DNA of 64,000 nt from Octopus sinensis. Lineage: Eukaryota. Every line of letters begins with the position of its first letter. Position 1 is the first letter of the stretch. The DNA lies in NCBI RefSeq assembly GCF_006345805.1, contig NC_043001.1, positions 87,606,001 through 87,670,000 of the forward strand. Direction: 5' to 3'. The notes below the pieces were generated by a model. The model was not told where the DNA came from, did no database searches, and saw only the letters and a program-made list of their open reading frames with translations. A program made the position numbers and the translations under genes. Below, in pieces: positions 22,920-37,400 of the stretch.

Positions 22920-24480
22920 AGAACTCAGTTTTGCTGACATGGGCGGGTCTTCTCTAGAACTTTATATTGCTGTACATCTCGGTCCATTGTCATTTCCTCC
23001 GTGAGGCCCAACCATCTGAGATTGGTCCTTACCACTTCAACCGACATCTTCCTGGGTCTCCCTCTTCTGCGGGCATCATCCTCTTCCAGTGATCTGCATT
23101 TCTTCATGCAGCTGTCCTCATTCATACGCATCACATGTCCGAACCAACATAGTCTTCTCTCTACATTTGATTCCTCTTATGCCCAACTTTTCTCTCAATA
23201 CATTTGCACTTTGCTGTACATGTGCACTGATGTTACACATCCAATGGCACATACTACCTTCATTTCTCTCCAGTCTATACATGTCTTCTGCATTCAGAGC
23301 CTATGCTGCACTATTCTGGAGTATATCTGTTCACACACAAGCATCATATAGTCTACCTTTCACTCTGAGAAAGAGTCTTTTTGTTGTCAACAGAGGTAAT
23401 AGCTCTCTGAACTACCCCCACCCAATTTTTATTCTAGAAGCAATACTTTCAGAGCATCTTCCCCATTGTTAATTTGGTCATTTAGGTAACAGAAACTATC
23501 AACCTCAAGAGAGCCTCTTGAGCATTTGAGAAAATCTAAGTCCTGTGTACTCTTAGTGCTTATTGTTCCTGCACATGTCACATACAAAGATGACTTTATC
23601 TGTTTATCTACCCATGATTCCACTGCACCTCTTATGTGTCCATAGTTTACACTGGGTGCAGCCAATGGGATTTCTTCCAACTCCTTTCCTATATACTGAG
23701 CAGGGCCAATGACTTTGGTTTTAGCTAGGTTAACTTTAAGGCCCTTTGATTCCAGGTTTTGTTACCATACCTGGAATTATTCTCCAATTCTGAAGTAAGA
23801 GCAAGGTCATCAGCATATTGCAGTTCCCATAGGCACCCAGTTTTGAATTCCTCTGTTATGGCCTGGAGGACTATAATGAATAAGAGCGGACTGAGAACTG
23901 AGCCCTGGTGAACCCCTACCTGTATGCTAAATTCATGGCCGACTCTCACCTTACTGACAGCACCTCTGTACATGCTTATAAAGCTTTAACAAGCCACTCC
24001 TACATGCCTAACTTCCTTAGAGACCACCATTTAACAGAATGGGGAGCTTTCTCCAGGTTGACAAAGATGAAGTACAATGGCTTACTTTTGGCCAAGAACT
24101 TTTCCTGCAGCTGTCTCACTAAGAAGATGGCATCTGTGGTACTCTTCCCAGGTACAAAACCAAACTGCATCTCTTCTAGTTTAATTCTATTCCTAATCAA
24201 TTGAGCTATAATCCTCTCAGTAACTTTCATGACTTGGTCTAGCAATTTAATATCTCTGTAGTTGCTTCTATCTAAGGAATCACCTTTACCCTTGTAGCAG
24301 CTAACTATAATACTACTACACCAGACATTGGGGATGGTGCCTTCCTGAGTAACCTGATTAACTATAGGGGTGACTAAGCTGTATCCCACACCACTGGAAA
24401 TTTTAATCCTCTCAGCAGTGATTTCTGATGGCCCAGGGACTTCCTGTTTTCATGTCCTTAATTGTCTTATCTATTATGCT
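22920..24480 (-). mobile_element. Decayed RTE-clade LINE
   Basis: KGKGD..DRSNYR.IKLL, QFGFVPGKSTTDAIF, VGVHQGSVLSPLLF, LQYADDL, RRRGRPRK motifs. Confidence 0.9.
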
Positions 24481-25639
24481 GCTATCAACTCTGATGTCTC
24501 TTGTGACCCACTTATAAAAGGTTACCCATGCTTGGTATAAAAATATGCATGGGTATATTAGAGAAACTCTAATTTCAACAGTGCATATGGAAGGAAAAAG
24601 CTCTTAGTGCATGTAATACAGGCTCCAATTCGTAGTGACGGCATGTGGCTGAGAGGTTAGTGTGTTTGGCTCATGATCATAAGGTTGTGAGCTCGATTCC
24701 CAGCAGCACCTTGTCCTTGAGAAAGACACTTTATTTCATGTTGCTCCAGTCCAATCAGATAGCAAAAATGAGTAGTACCTGTATTTCAAAGGACCAGCCT
24801 TGTCACATTCTGTGTCACACTGAATCTCCGAGAATTGTGTTAAGAGTATGTGCGTCTGTGGAGTGCTCAGCCACTTGCATATTAATTTCATGAGCAGGCC
24901 GTTAATTGATCAGATCAACTGGAACCCTCATTGTCGAAACCAGCAGTATCAGTTTATAGACTTAACTTTGTATATAGGACCAAGGGTGATTTTTTTCAAG
25001 ATATTCTTTCTGTCTTATATACCCTCAGTTACAGTAATTGACATGTCATTGTGACTATGTACAGTTTCTTTGCAGAGACATGTAACATTTCAATTCTGGT
25101 TAGGTGCTGACTCCTCTTCATATGGTGCTCCTTTCCACAGAATGTTATTCAAATGATTAAGAAAAATTCATTCATATTCTACAACTGCTCACTCACAGAT
25201 GATGAGAAGTATTCCAATCATAACAATTTCATATGAAGGAAATCCGGCAGCTATTTCTTGCAAGTTGAGCAACCATGTAGAAAGTCCTTCAAAGAGTATC
25301 AAAACCAGTTAGCATGCATTGACATCTTAAATGAGGAAAAAATATTGTTAGGCAATGGTACAGCCGGCAGATCAGTCAAAAGTTTCATCTGCTAGAAAAC
25401 CTATTTCTTTCTTACATTTTCTATTTAAGTATTTCAGAGAAGTGCTTGATGTGAAGAGGTAGGAATTACTAAGGGAGCTTGTGATAAGTGATAGGAGGAA
25501 AGACTGGTAGTATTTTGGTTACATACAAATCAGGTCATCCCACAAGTAATGTCCAAATTTTGGGTAAGGAAAAAAGCGATCTAATTATACATTTTATTAA
25601 AACTTAAACCTGTATATAATTCCCATCATTATCAATTAC

Positions 25640-26560
25640 TTCTTTCCATCTACTCATCAGCTTTTTAATTTCATTGGTGAAAAACTCTTTTGGTTCTGAT
25701 GAGAAGGAAGAGAGGTCAGTTTCAACCTCTTTGGGGCCTTTGAGTATTAATCCATCTAAAAGATTCTGTAAGCTTTGAAACAATTGGTAATCAGAAGTTG
25801 AGAGGGCTGTGGAATAAGGCAGGCAAAGGATTTTTCCCCAGCCTAGTTCCTTTATTTTTTCTGATGTAATCTTTGCAGTGTGGGCCTTGCATTATCACGA
25901 TGAAACACCATTCCATTAAAATTTGCCAAAGTAGCATCCAAAACACTAATTTTTGCCAATAAGTGTGAGCAGTAATTGTTGCATTAGTTGGTAGCAGCTC
26001 AAAGTGGATGATCCAATGCAATCTCACCAAACAGAAAGAACCTTTTTGCATGGAGATCCTTTTTGGGTTGTGGCTTAGTCTATTCTCCACAACTAAGCCA
26101 TTGCCTGCATTGCTTAGCATTTTCATAAAAAAAAAAAGTCACTTTTTCATCACCAGTCACTAACATGTCCAAAAGTGGTGAAATATGTTAACAAGAGTGA
26201 AGAGATGAGTAGCTGTCCACTAAAATCATGGGGAACCCGTTTTCCGAGTACCATTCCAAACTGTTGAAGATGGCAGTGAACAGTTGAATAGCTTCAATTG
26301 AGTTTGCTTGCCAAATCTTCAACTGACACAGCATTATCCTTCTCAATCTCTGACAAAAAAAGCTCATCAAATTCAACAAGGTGTCCTATTCACTGCATCT
26401 CTCTTAGTTGAAATCACTATTTTTGAACTTTGCAAACCATCTTCTGCAAATTCTTTCGTTCAAGTACTCTTCCCCATAGATAGAATGGATATTTTGGGTT
26501 GCTGCTGCTGCACTGTTTCCCCTTTTTGAAATTATCAAGCTTTATGTGCCTTAAATGCTC
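25640..26560 (-). mobile_element. Highly decayed mariner-type transposase
   Basis: IIHFELLPTNATITAHTY resembles the mariner catalytic-domain segment; many frameshifts. Confidence 0.6.
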
Positions 26561-26609
26561 CCTCAATATGCCCATCTTTGAGGGGTTTATTAGTAATTAA
26601 TAAAAAGGT

Positions 26610-26805
26610 GGTGGGCTGGCAGAATTGTTAGCATGCCAGTATTTCGCCTGCTGTTATGATCTGAGTTCAAATTCTGCTGAGGTCGACTTCGCCTTTCATC
26701 CTTTTGGAGTTGATTAAATAAGTACCAGTTATGTACTGGGGTCAATGTAATCGACTTAATCCCTTTGTCCTTGTTTATCCCCCCTGTGGGCAATAAAGAA
26801 AAAAA
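26610..26805 (+). mobile_element. tRNA-headed SINE family D (other copies at ~28060-28260, ~28880-29095 and a cluster at ~55050-55860, minus strand)
   Basis: gctggcagaattgttagca...ctgagttcaaattctgctgaggtcgacttcgcctttcatcc recurs in many copies. Confidence 0.75.
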
Positions 26806-29318
26806 TATTAGTAATTAATTCAGTTAGATTAGTCTGTAAAAAGAAATTATATTAAGTTAAAGGTTTCCAAGTATGAGTATCAATCCATACCATTTGATAG
26901 AGTATTGTAAAATTTGATAGAAATTACATATAATTCAGACATTATTTATGGGATGACCAGACAAATATACTTATGTTCCATTATAAGAAAACATATTTAT
27001 TCATGGTTGCGTGGTTAAGAAGCTTACAACTCAGTCACAAGGTTTTGGTTTCAATCTCACTGTGCAACACCTTCAGCATGTGCCTTCCACTACAGCATCC
27101 AGGTTGACAAAGCCTTGATGAATTTGCTAGAAAGAAACCCATAGTAAATATATGTGTGTGTGTTTATAATTGTGCACTGTGAAAGTCGCAACCTATGGGT
27201 GGTGTTGTCTTCAACTTCTGTCATCAAATTGTCCATTTCTCACCTTCAAAAACCACTCACTTGAAAGTTAAGGGTTAGTAACAAGAAGGGCATCTGGTTG
27301 TAAAGTAATGCTTCAACAATATATGAGTCTCATGCTAGCAAGAAAATCATAAAATGACTGAACAACAACATTCAACCTAGGTCACTCCTTTACTTTTTCT
27401 CCTGTATATTGTGCTGTAATGAAACAACTAAAAATTGTCAATTCTCTCTCTCTCTCTCACACACACACATGTAGTTATGAGTAAATTTCACATTTTAAAA
27501 CTTATCAAAGAAATAAAAACACTGAAATATATAACGATTTTAAAAGCAGCAGTTCATATGAAAATATGAACTTTATTAACATAAATTCAATATTTTGTTA
27601 TATATATATTTATATATACATACACATACATGTGATTGCATGTATATATGTATTTTTGACACAAATGTATCTGTATATGGTTTCATTGTTCATTGTTATG
27701 TAACTGTATAAATGTGTAAGATAAAAATGTAGAAATCACTTAATATGCGTTTGGGTTTTGTTGCTTTTTGTTGTTTTTCTGAGTTTGTATATTTGGTCAT
27801 TTAAAAAATAATAATGTTGATGATTTCTCAAAGAGGCACAAAGCCATGAATTTGGGAAGAGGGTATGATGAATTAAATCAACACCAGTAGTCAACTGGTA
27901 TTTCATTTTTATTTTCTCCAGAAAGATTAAGGTCAAATTTGATCTTGTTAACGTATGATCTCAGAACATAATGGAATATAACAATACAGCAAAGTATATA
28001 GCATGATCTGCACTGGCTATCAGTTACTATGAAAACAATAGGAATAATAATGCTTTCTATCATAGGTACAAGGCCTGAAATTTTAGGGGATGGGGCTAGC
28101 TGATTACATCAACCCCAGTGCTTGATTAGTACTTATTTTATTGACTGAGAGGATAAAAGGCAAAGTCAACCTCGGCAGAATTTGAACTCAGAACATAAAA
28201 ATCGGATGAAATGCTGTTAAGCATTTTGTATGGCATGCTAACAATTCTGCCAGCTCAATACTTTAATAGCAGTTTTAAATTTGACACAAGGACAATAATT
28301 GTAATGAGAGGAATAAGTCATTTACATTCATCCTTGTACTTGACAGATACTTTATTTTATTGATTGCAGAGGAATGAAAAGTAAAGTCAACCTTGGATGA
28401 ATTTGAACTTATAAAGTACAAGGTTATATTTTTAACTGGTACATCATCATCATCGTTTAACGTCCACTTTCCATGCTAGCATGGGTTGGACGATTTGACT
28501 GAGGTCTCGTGAACCAGATGGCTGCATCAGACTCCAATCTGATCTGGCAGAGTTTCTACAGCTGGATATGTTTCCTAATGCCAACCACTCCGAGAGGAAA
28601 AAAAAATCAAATTTGAAAGGTAGAGTCGATTCTGAGTGAAAGTCAAAACCCTTGACACCAAAGGGACCTAACTAAATATCACAAGACATTTTTTTTATCT
28701 GGGGCTCTATAATTCTGCCATTTACTGTACTTTCTTATAGAAATATTTCTAACATTGGAACAAGACAACGAATTTTATAGGTGAGGGTACAGTTGATTAA
28801 ATAGATCCAGGACATGACTGGATCTAGTTAAAATTTTTTTAATTGATATCACATGGCATTTGAACTTCAATAATAATATTCCTTTCTGCTATAGGCCCAA
28901 GACCTGAAATTCTGGGAGTGGGGACTACTCAATTTCAGTAACCTTAAAGCTCAACTGGTACTTATTTCACTGAACCTAAAAAAATGAAAGGTAAAGTTGA
29001 CCTTGGCGGAATTTGAACTCAGAATGCAAAGAGTTAGAAGAAATGCCACTAAGCATTTTGTACAAAGGGCTAACAGTTCTGCCAGCTTGCTGCAATAATA
29101 ATAATAACAGTAATAACAAAAATAAATTTTCAAGATAAACTGAAGAGATATATAAAGATATATTCAATACATATGAGAAGTATCTATGTATGAGTGTGCA
29201 TGCATAATGTGTGTGTTTGTGCATATGCATGTAACATATATACATGTGTGTGTGCACACAAACACACACATAATTGTGGCTTGGACAAGGTTTTCAACAA
29301 TCAAATTGTCAAAGTAAT

Positions 29319-29360
29319 TTTATTTTCATTGTTTAATTAAATTTGCAAATTTTTTTTATT
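29319..29360 (-). terminator. Candidate polyadenylation signals (two AATAAA hexamers) for the syntaxin mRNA
   Basis: TTTATT on the plus strand at ~29355-29360 and ~29319-29324, about 320-360 nt past the stop. The sequence is AT-rich, so chance occurrence is possible. Confidence 0.4.
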
Positions 29361-29678
29361 TTGTAAAAAAAAAAAAACCAAACTGATTTTTTAGCTGTTG
29401 CTGATACAGCCAACATAATTTGTTTTTAGAATTATATGTGTGATGTAACATGATGCGATATGCAGTTGTCCATGTGTGTGTTTGAAACTGGATGCATGTG
29501 CAACCACAAGTGTATAGGAATTGGTATACAATTGTGTCTGTGTGTATACCAACTAGTAGATGTGTACTTAGCAGTGACACAGAGGAAGGAGGAGGAGGGG
29601 AGACAGTATGAAGGACAGTGAAACTGTAACAGTGTCCACCACCACAACCATCATCGCAGTTCATATCCAGTTTTTGGT

Positions 29679-29774
29679 CTAATTCTTTAAAGTGAAGTAT
29701 ATAATGATACCTAAAACAACGAGAATCACCACCACTATCAGCAGCAGCAGACATAACTTCTTACGGTGCTTTTT
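29679..29774 (-). CDS. Syntaxin last coding exon (KKHRKKLCLLLLIVVVILVVLGIIIYFTLKN*), transmembrane anchor
   Basis: Acceptor ttctcttttccag; basic juxtamembrane stretch, hydrophobic helix, TAG. Confidence 0.95.
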   Translation of the reverse strand, partial: KKHRKKLCLLLLIVVVILVVLGIIIYFTLKN

Positions 29775-31375
29775 CTGGAAAAGAGAACAATAAGATTATT
29801 CATTTTTATACATACTTGGAATGGAGGGAGTGAAAACAAACTGGGGAAGAGTTATGATATGAGGGATCATGGAGGATTCACATAATGACAAACAAGTGTT
29901 AGCAAAAGTAGTAGTTGTATAATCACAGGTTAGCCCGGATAGAACAATCTCATGGCACACAGGTAGCTATTTGAATGATGAGGTACGATTCTATAGATTC
30001 ATCTTTCAAGTTATATCAGGTCTCTGCCTAACTGAGGACTATACTGCATGCTACAATGTACAGTGATGAATCGTGAAGAGTGAAGTGTGAATGTCTACAC
30101 ACATTCCTCTCTCTCTCCAGTATTTCTACCTATTTCAGGCTCCTTCACATAGATTTTGGTGGCAACCACAGCAAAGGTAAGCACAGACTGTCACAGCAAT
30201 GCATTTGTTGTTCTACCCTAGGGAAGTAGCTACAACATTTGTTAGGACTGGTCAGAATTTCTGGGGCGTGACTAAAAAGACAAATGCTAGAGCAATATGG
30301 ATGCTACAGCATGGCTACAGATATAAAGTAGTTAGAAGTATTAGGGCAACAATGGTCCTACAGTATAGCTAAATACTGATGCTTAATCATACAAAAGTTC
30401 ATGGTAGACTCAGATCCACAGAAAGCAGAGAGATGGTGGAGTAAATAACAGCTGACAGGGAGCAATAATCAAGGAGTAAAAATATAGATTATACCCCCCT
30501 ATACCACACAAACCCCAATTACTAAAGAAACCATTAAGATAAGTCATCCTTTCATTTATTACAGTGACTTCTGTTCCATTGAACACAAGTGTTTAGGCCA
30601 TCATCCTCCTCTTTTAACACCCATTTTTCATGCTGGCATAGGTTGGACGGTTTGACAGGGTCGAGGGACTGCAACATGCTCTGTTTACTTTGGAATGGTT
30701 TCTAAAGCTGGATGACCTTCCTAATACCAACCAGTGTTTTGGGTGCTTTTTTTTTTCCATGGCACTAGCACTTGTGAGGTCACCATACTGATTGCATGAT
30801 TAAGATTTTCCCCAATTGAATTGGACTACACTAGAAAGAGAAGCAGCTTTGAGACAAAAGGTTTAAATAGGAAAGGAGGAGCCAGAATAGAATAGGTTTC
30901 TTACAATAGAGGAGCTACAGAACTACTGACTAGGTTACATTTCTTTCTATTACATATTTTGATTCACATCAGAAGACCTGTTGCTACTTTTCCATCTCAA
31001 ATTCTTTACAAACACATTTTTAATGAGTGTACTCTGTGGTAGACTTATATTTACCAAGTCAAAAGAGAAACACAAGAATTATGTTTATTCTTTTAATATT
31101 GGTACATTCAAGCTGATACAGATTAAACACAGCATATCAATGTTTATGATGATCAAGTATTAAGACAATAGAATACTCTTAAATTTTGAATAGAATGAAA
31201 TAAGAGCTTAGTAACAGTAAATGAGATTTATGAACATACATGCATACTCACACAACTGTACCAGAAAAGAGAACATCCACATTCACACACACATACATTA
31301 AATGTTGGTGTTTGATATATAATCACACACACATATATATATATATATACATATAATATATATATATATATAACA

Positions 31376-31409
<34 letters not shown>

Positions 31410-34400
31410 CATACACACATAAATGCTAACATGTCTGTAAGAGTAACATATCCATATGTACGTGCCTATGTACAGACCTGTAAGCATATCTGATTTTGTT
31501 TCAGTCATTGGACTGTGGCCATGCTGGGGTATCACTTTCAGGGATTTTAATCAAGTGAATTGACCCCAGTACTTTTTTTTAAAACCAGGCAACTTATTCT
31601 CAGTCTTTTATGCCAAAGGCCAACGTGCTAAGTTATGGTAACATAAACAAACCAATACCGGTTGTCAAGCAATAATAGTGGGGGACAAACAAAAACACAC
31701 ACACAACAGGTTTCTTTCAATTCCTGTGAACCAAATCTGCTCACACGACTTCAGTTAGCCCAGGGCCATGGTAGAAGACACTTGCCCTAAGTGTCCTGCA
31801 GTGGGACTGAATTCAGTGTCATGTGACTGGGAAGCAAATTTAACACACAACCACGCTTTAATTTTAAATGAACAAAAACAGAAGGACAATTCAGATGAAC
31901 TGAGAATGTAACTTCACTTCTTTCCACCTCTTTCTCAGTTGCATACACTCCATCATCATAAGATAATTATTCACTTCGAACCATTTCCATTACGTCCACA
32001 ATGTAGTTATCTCCCTTGCATTCATTACCTAAAACGTGTAATACGCAGCCACTCTCCGTTCACTTGTACTCCACCTCTCATGTTTACACACCCAATAAAT
32101 TTCATCATCCTTCACAGATCTTCCACATCCAATGCTCCATGTCTCAATACCACATAGACTGCCAAATCTTAACATAGGCTTCTTATAGCAGTCTACCTTC
32201 CACATGGATAGGTAGATAAATAGACAGATATAGAGAGATGCTTTTGTTGCCAACAAAGGTAACAGTGTCCTGAATTTCTTCCAGCCCTTTCTTAATTCAA
32301 CTATCATTTCTTTACAACTATGTCAACATTAAATAAATGATGACTCAAGTACAAATTATCTACATCTAGTATACTATCTAAACAGTTGGAAGACTTTAAG
32401 GTAAAAAGTCCTTTGACAAGTCTTGCTGAGCAATTTATTCTGATCAAAGAACAAGTATGGAAATACAAAGTAAATATGTTGACACAAACATGACTGTGTA
32501 ATAAAGAAAAAAAGTAAAAGTTTGCTTTGCAAGTACAAGGTACCCAGGTTTGAGTACCTTATGTGGACCCTTGAGTAGGTATCTTTTACTATGATTTTGA
32601 GTCGACTAAACTCATGTGTGCAGAATATGGTACACACAAACTGCATGGAAGCCCATCATCGTTTTTAACATCTACTTTTCCATGCTTACATATGCTGGAT
32701 GTCTTTCCTGTTGCCAACCCTCACCCATTTCCAAGTAAGGTAATATTTCCTCAAGGCTGGATATATTTCCATGAAATATTAGAAATGAATGACATTGCTT
32801 GTATGATAGTGAGACACACACAACTTCTGTCAGTCCACTAAGAAGACATGTGCCCAAAGTGTCATGCAGTGGGACTGAACCTGAAACCATGTGGTTGGAA
32901 AGCAAACTTCTTACTCATAGTCATGTCTGTGCCTACAATGGGTCTTCTCCAGTATAATGTCCCACCAGCAGTTGTGAGTCTGTCATCTTTGAAAGGTACA
33001 GCTGTCAGAGACCAGCTTTCACTGCTTTTTTCCTATCCTTTCCTTGGTCTTTTTATTCTGCAGGTTCCTTCCACTTGGATCTTCTTTACCCAACTACTGT
33101 GCAAAGTCTGTGTGTGTCTTTTGGCAATGTACAACAGCAAGGTAACTAAAACAGGTGGTCTTAATAGTCTCCTACAGTATTGTTTCCCATGGAGTTAGGT
33201 TTAGATACTTTAGCATTACTATCATCAGAAATATGGCAGTTCAATGATTGCCTGTAACAACTGATGCTATTGTTTACTGGTTGATATAAATCCCAGAGTC
33301 ATGGGTACCTTTTAATGGATCTAGTTCACCTTGATGAATGATGAAGCAATAGGACTTGAAGTGTTGGAGAAATTGGCTGGTAAGTGATAAGTTGGTAGCT
33401 GGCAAGGACAGAGAAGTTGCAATTCTTGGGAATGAACAGAAAGATCAGGAAAAATTATTGTAGGGAGAACAGCATGTATAAGGGCTAGTACTGGGGCACA
33501 AAACTTAGGGGAAATAGAAGGGATATCAGTACCTTTGTTGGATTGAAGTGACTGGAGGTTTAGCACTTGGCATGTATATGTACAGAATGGACTGAAGAAG
33601 AAACACTGACTATAAGCAAATTATGCAAAATACAATAATGTACTTATCTTCTTGTTTCAGTCACTGGACTGTAGCCATGCTGGGCCACCATCTTGAAAGG
33701 TTTTATTTGAGTGAACCAGTTCTGGTCTTTATCTTAACCCTATTGATCTCTTTGCCAAACTGCTAAGTAACAGGGACATAAACAAAGCAACATCAGTTGT
33801 CAAGCAATAGTTGGGGGGGGGGGAAACACACATGTATGTGTGCGTGTGTACATGATGGGCTTCTTTCAGTTTCCATCTACCAAATCCACTCACAAAGCTT
33901 TGGTTGATTTAGAACACCTACCCAAGGTGACATGCAGTAGGACTGACCCAAGGAACCTAGTGATTGGGAAGCAAATTTACCACACAGCCATACCTGTGCC
34001 TTTAAAAAAATTACCTAACAAGCATGGGATCCAAACCTACACCCACATTCATGAACTAGAATATTCACTGTTCTGATTGAGCCTGGCATCTTGGATCATT
34101 TGGCAATCCTGATATATCCTAATATAAATATTTATCATCATCATTTAACAGAATATATATTTTTAAATGTTTAGTTAAGAGAGAGTTGAACCCATGACAT
34201 TCACAAGGGTTCTGAAACTGATGAGATTGATAATTTAAAATCCACTTTTCCATCCTTGCATAGGTCAGATGGAATTTGTTGAGGCAGATTTCCTACAACA
34301 GGATGATGTTCATGTCACCAACCTCCACCTGTTTCCAAACAAGGTAATATTTCTCCATGGCCAGAAAACTGGAAAGGAACAACCTTGCTTCTATGACGAT

Positions 34401-37400
34401 GCCCATTTACATCCATCATGCGATGTCTAGACATGGGTACATACAAATACACTATATATATATATATATAAAATATATATGGCAGGCTTCTTTCAATTTC
34501 AATCCACCAAATCAACAAAGCTTTAGTTGGTCTTGGGCTAAGACACTTGCCCAGTGTACTGCACTGTGGGACTGAACCCAAGACTGGACAGTTGGGAAGC
34601 AAGCCTCTTTACCACACAGCCATGGCTGTGTTGGTCGATATAATTAATAATCAGTTTGAGCAACTGTGAATACAATGACTACTAGAAAGGCTAGAAAGGA
34701 CAACACAAGAGAAATGAAGCATTATGCTAATCCCTTATTTGTCAAACTTTGTTCCTCCTATGTTGTCCTTTTTGGTGCTCATTGGATATACACCATTACA
34801 CTATATATTTAACATCTAGACGAACCGTCTTGATTCAACCTCAGAACTCCAACTTTGAACTCTACATTGGATTGCTGCCCAGATTAGTTTTGATATCCTT
34901 CAACTGAACAACTATAATTAGTTTTTTTTTTCTTTCATGAAATAGTGTGGACAAGAAAAGAATTTCAGAAGAATAACATTCTTGGGGGGAAGAATATGTA
35001 CAGTTATTAGTGAGGGGCCTAAAGGTGAGATACTGAATGTGTGAGTAGATGGGCCAACTTTGGTTAAGTAGTCATATAATCAAAACTATTTCGGTCATTA
35101 ACATCCTATCTTTTTAAGGGGATCTAGCATTACACTATCCAATGTGTCCTTTTTTATTTTAAAAGAATATAGTGTAATTTGAAAGAGATCTGCTAGTTCT
35201 AGAAAGTCAAGTAATCATGTGGAGTCTTCCTAGTTTGCCAATAAAATGAGCATTGGGTGAAGGTGGTATGTGACTAGCATTTCCAAGAAAGACCACTGTA
35301 GCAGTAATAGAAAAGACATAGTGAAGATACAGGACACCTGTATGTTAGAGGCTGAAATAGGTTGACGAGTCTTTGTCAATCTGCCATATGGCTTCTTTTT
35401 GTACGCAATCTAAGATGCTTGCTTGTGCAGCAACACAAACTAGATGAGGAAGCAGTACTTTTATTGTGGGTCTCATTTGAGCTTTGCAGTGGACCTGCAT
35501 CAGTTCAAAGTTGAATATTTTCTAATCCTGAAGTGGAAAACAAGTCTTTGGAATGTAGCTTTTATATTCTAAGTAAACAATCACCAGTAATACTGCATCT
35601 CAGTATTTGTAGCAGTTTTGACATCTTTTATCGATTATTATTCAAGATGGTGAAGGTACAAGATGATTTCCTTGGTATATACAATAACTGTGTCTGTGTT
35701 GTTGAAACAAAATTGCCATGCCCCCATTAGAAAAGATTTCCAAGGTTTTAGTTCATGAAAGTAGCATAGGTTTGATACAAAGTATCAAGGTTGTATATGA
35801 ATGACATTTGTGTTTAGAAGGTTAAGAAGGAATTCAGAGCAATAGCTATATTGGTGAGGGTAGTGTTGTGGATGACAGTAAGCAGGTTGGTAATATACAA
35901 ACGGGGAAACTGTGGAACCATAAACTAAACCTTAGGGCATACGAAAGCTAGTGTAGGTCAGTGTGGTGAGGTGATTTGAATCTACAGAAACCAAGGAAGG
36001 AGGAGGACTTGAATTGTTGGAGAAGGTGATTGTTAAGTGACAAGTTGATAGTTGGTAGTGAGAGTGAGGGTGCTCTTCCCGGAAATGGAACACACAAAGT
36101 TTTGTAAGATAAGGATAGATTCCTGTGTGGATGGAATTGCATGGATAGAGAGTAACACTGGAGCAAAATATTCAGGGGTAAATGGAAGGGATACTGTCAG
36201 TGCCTTTGTTGGATTGAAATGACTGAAGGTTTTGTACTTGACATATATGTACATGAGGATTGAAGAAGAGAAGTTTAAAGAAGTCTTGTGGAATTGGAGG
36301 CAAAGTGGGCAGCAAATATGGAAGCTATCTCTGCAAGTGTGTTACTTACGGAGCCATGTCGGTTGAAGAGTGATGATTAGCAGGATTCTGTAAATTTGGT
36401 AGATATTCTCTTGGCAAGGGACTAGAAGGATCAGAGGCAAGAGGGCTTGCAGGCTGTGCGATGCACAAAAAGTGTGCTGTTAGAATCTTTCTCCAATGAA
36501 AGGAACTGTCCAAAACCTGACCTTCATCAGGCTGTGGACCAGTTTCACATTTGTGGAAAACATGAAACATTCCAAAAAAGAAACTAAAAAACCTAAATCA
36601 ATAGCAAAGTTGGTTTAGATATTGCACTCTGCCCTTCCAGGGTCCCTATCAATAATGTGATTTACAATAAAAATAATTTAGCATTTGATGTACCTTATTT
36701 GGTTTGTAAAGCAACAAAGGCTGGTTTAAGTTTTAAGGACCAAACATTGGCTTGTTTTAGAATGTTATTCCCAACAGCTGCTTCTATTTTATACTCCTTA
36801 CCCATACTTAAAGCTACTTCATACAATTATTTCTCAATCACATATCATTCCAACAATATCTCACACTTCAAAAATAACTGCACATTTATATTAACGTTTG
36901 TGTACACTCAAATGTGAAAATACCTCCACTGTAGTAATTATCTCCAAAGAGAAATTCTCATAGACAATGTATGAGGAACGCTATTGAACTGGGTTGTGAA
37001 TGGTATTAACGAGCTGTAAGACATTTCTGCATCATTATGCTTTGTCAGACTGACACAGAATCCTTCATTCTTAGGTCAGTAAGCCTTACCAATAAGTACT
37101 GTTTTTATACGTGAACAGCAAATAAATTTGCTAGCATGTACAAAGCTTTGTCAAGCTGGAATTAATTAAAGGCACACTAAGTAGTAATACACACACATTG
37201 AACTGGGCTAGATAAGTTTTTGTTAGTTCTGGTGTTAAGTAACTGAAAGTGTCCTGTTTTAGAAGACACTATATTAGAAAACAGTCTCTGAAAGACCTGG
37301 ATACTATGACTGAAAGATAGAATAATAATTCAATAGATTACTCAGTCACTCAGCTTCAGTGCATTAATTACTTTAATCTCAGACCTACAATTCTTGCTTC

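Noticed and set aside
25400-25475. Possible 21-nt plus-strand micro-exon (tatttcag|AGAAGTG...GAG|gtagga)
   Set aside because: No partner exons or plus-strand gene found; such sites occur by chance.
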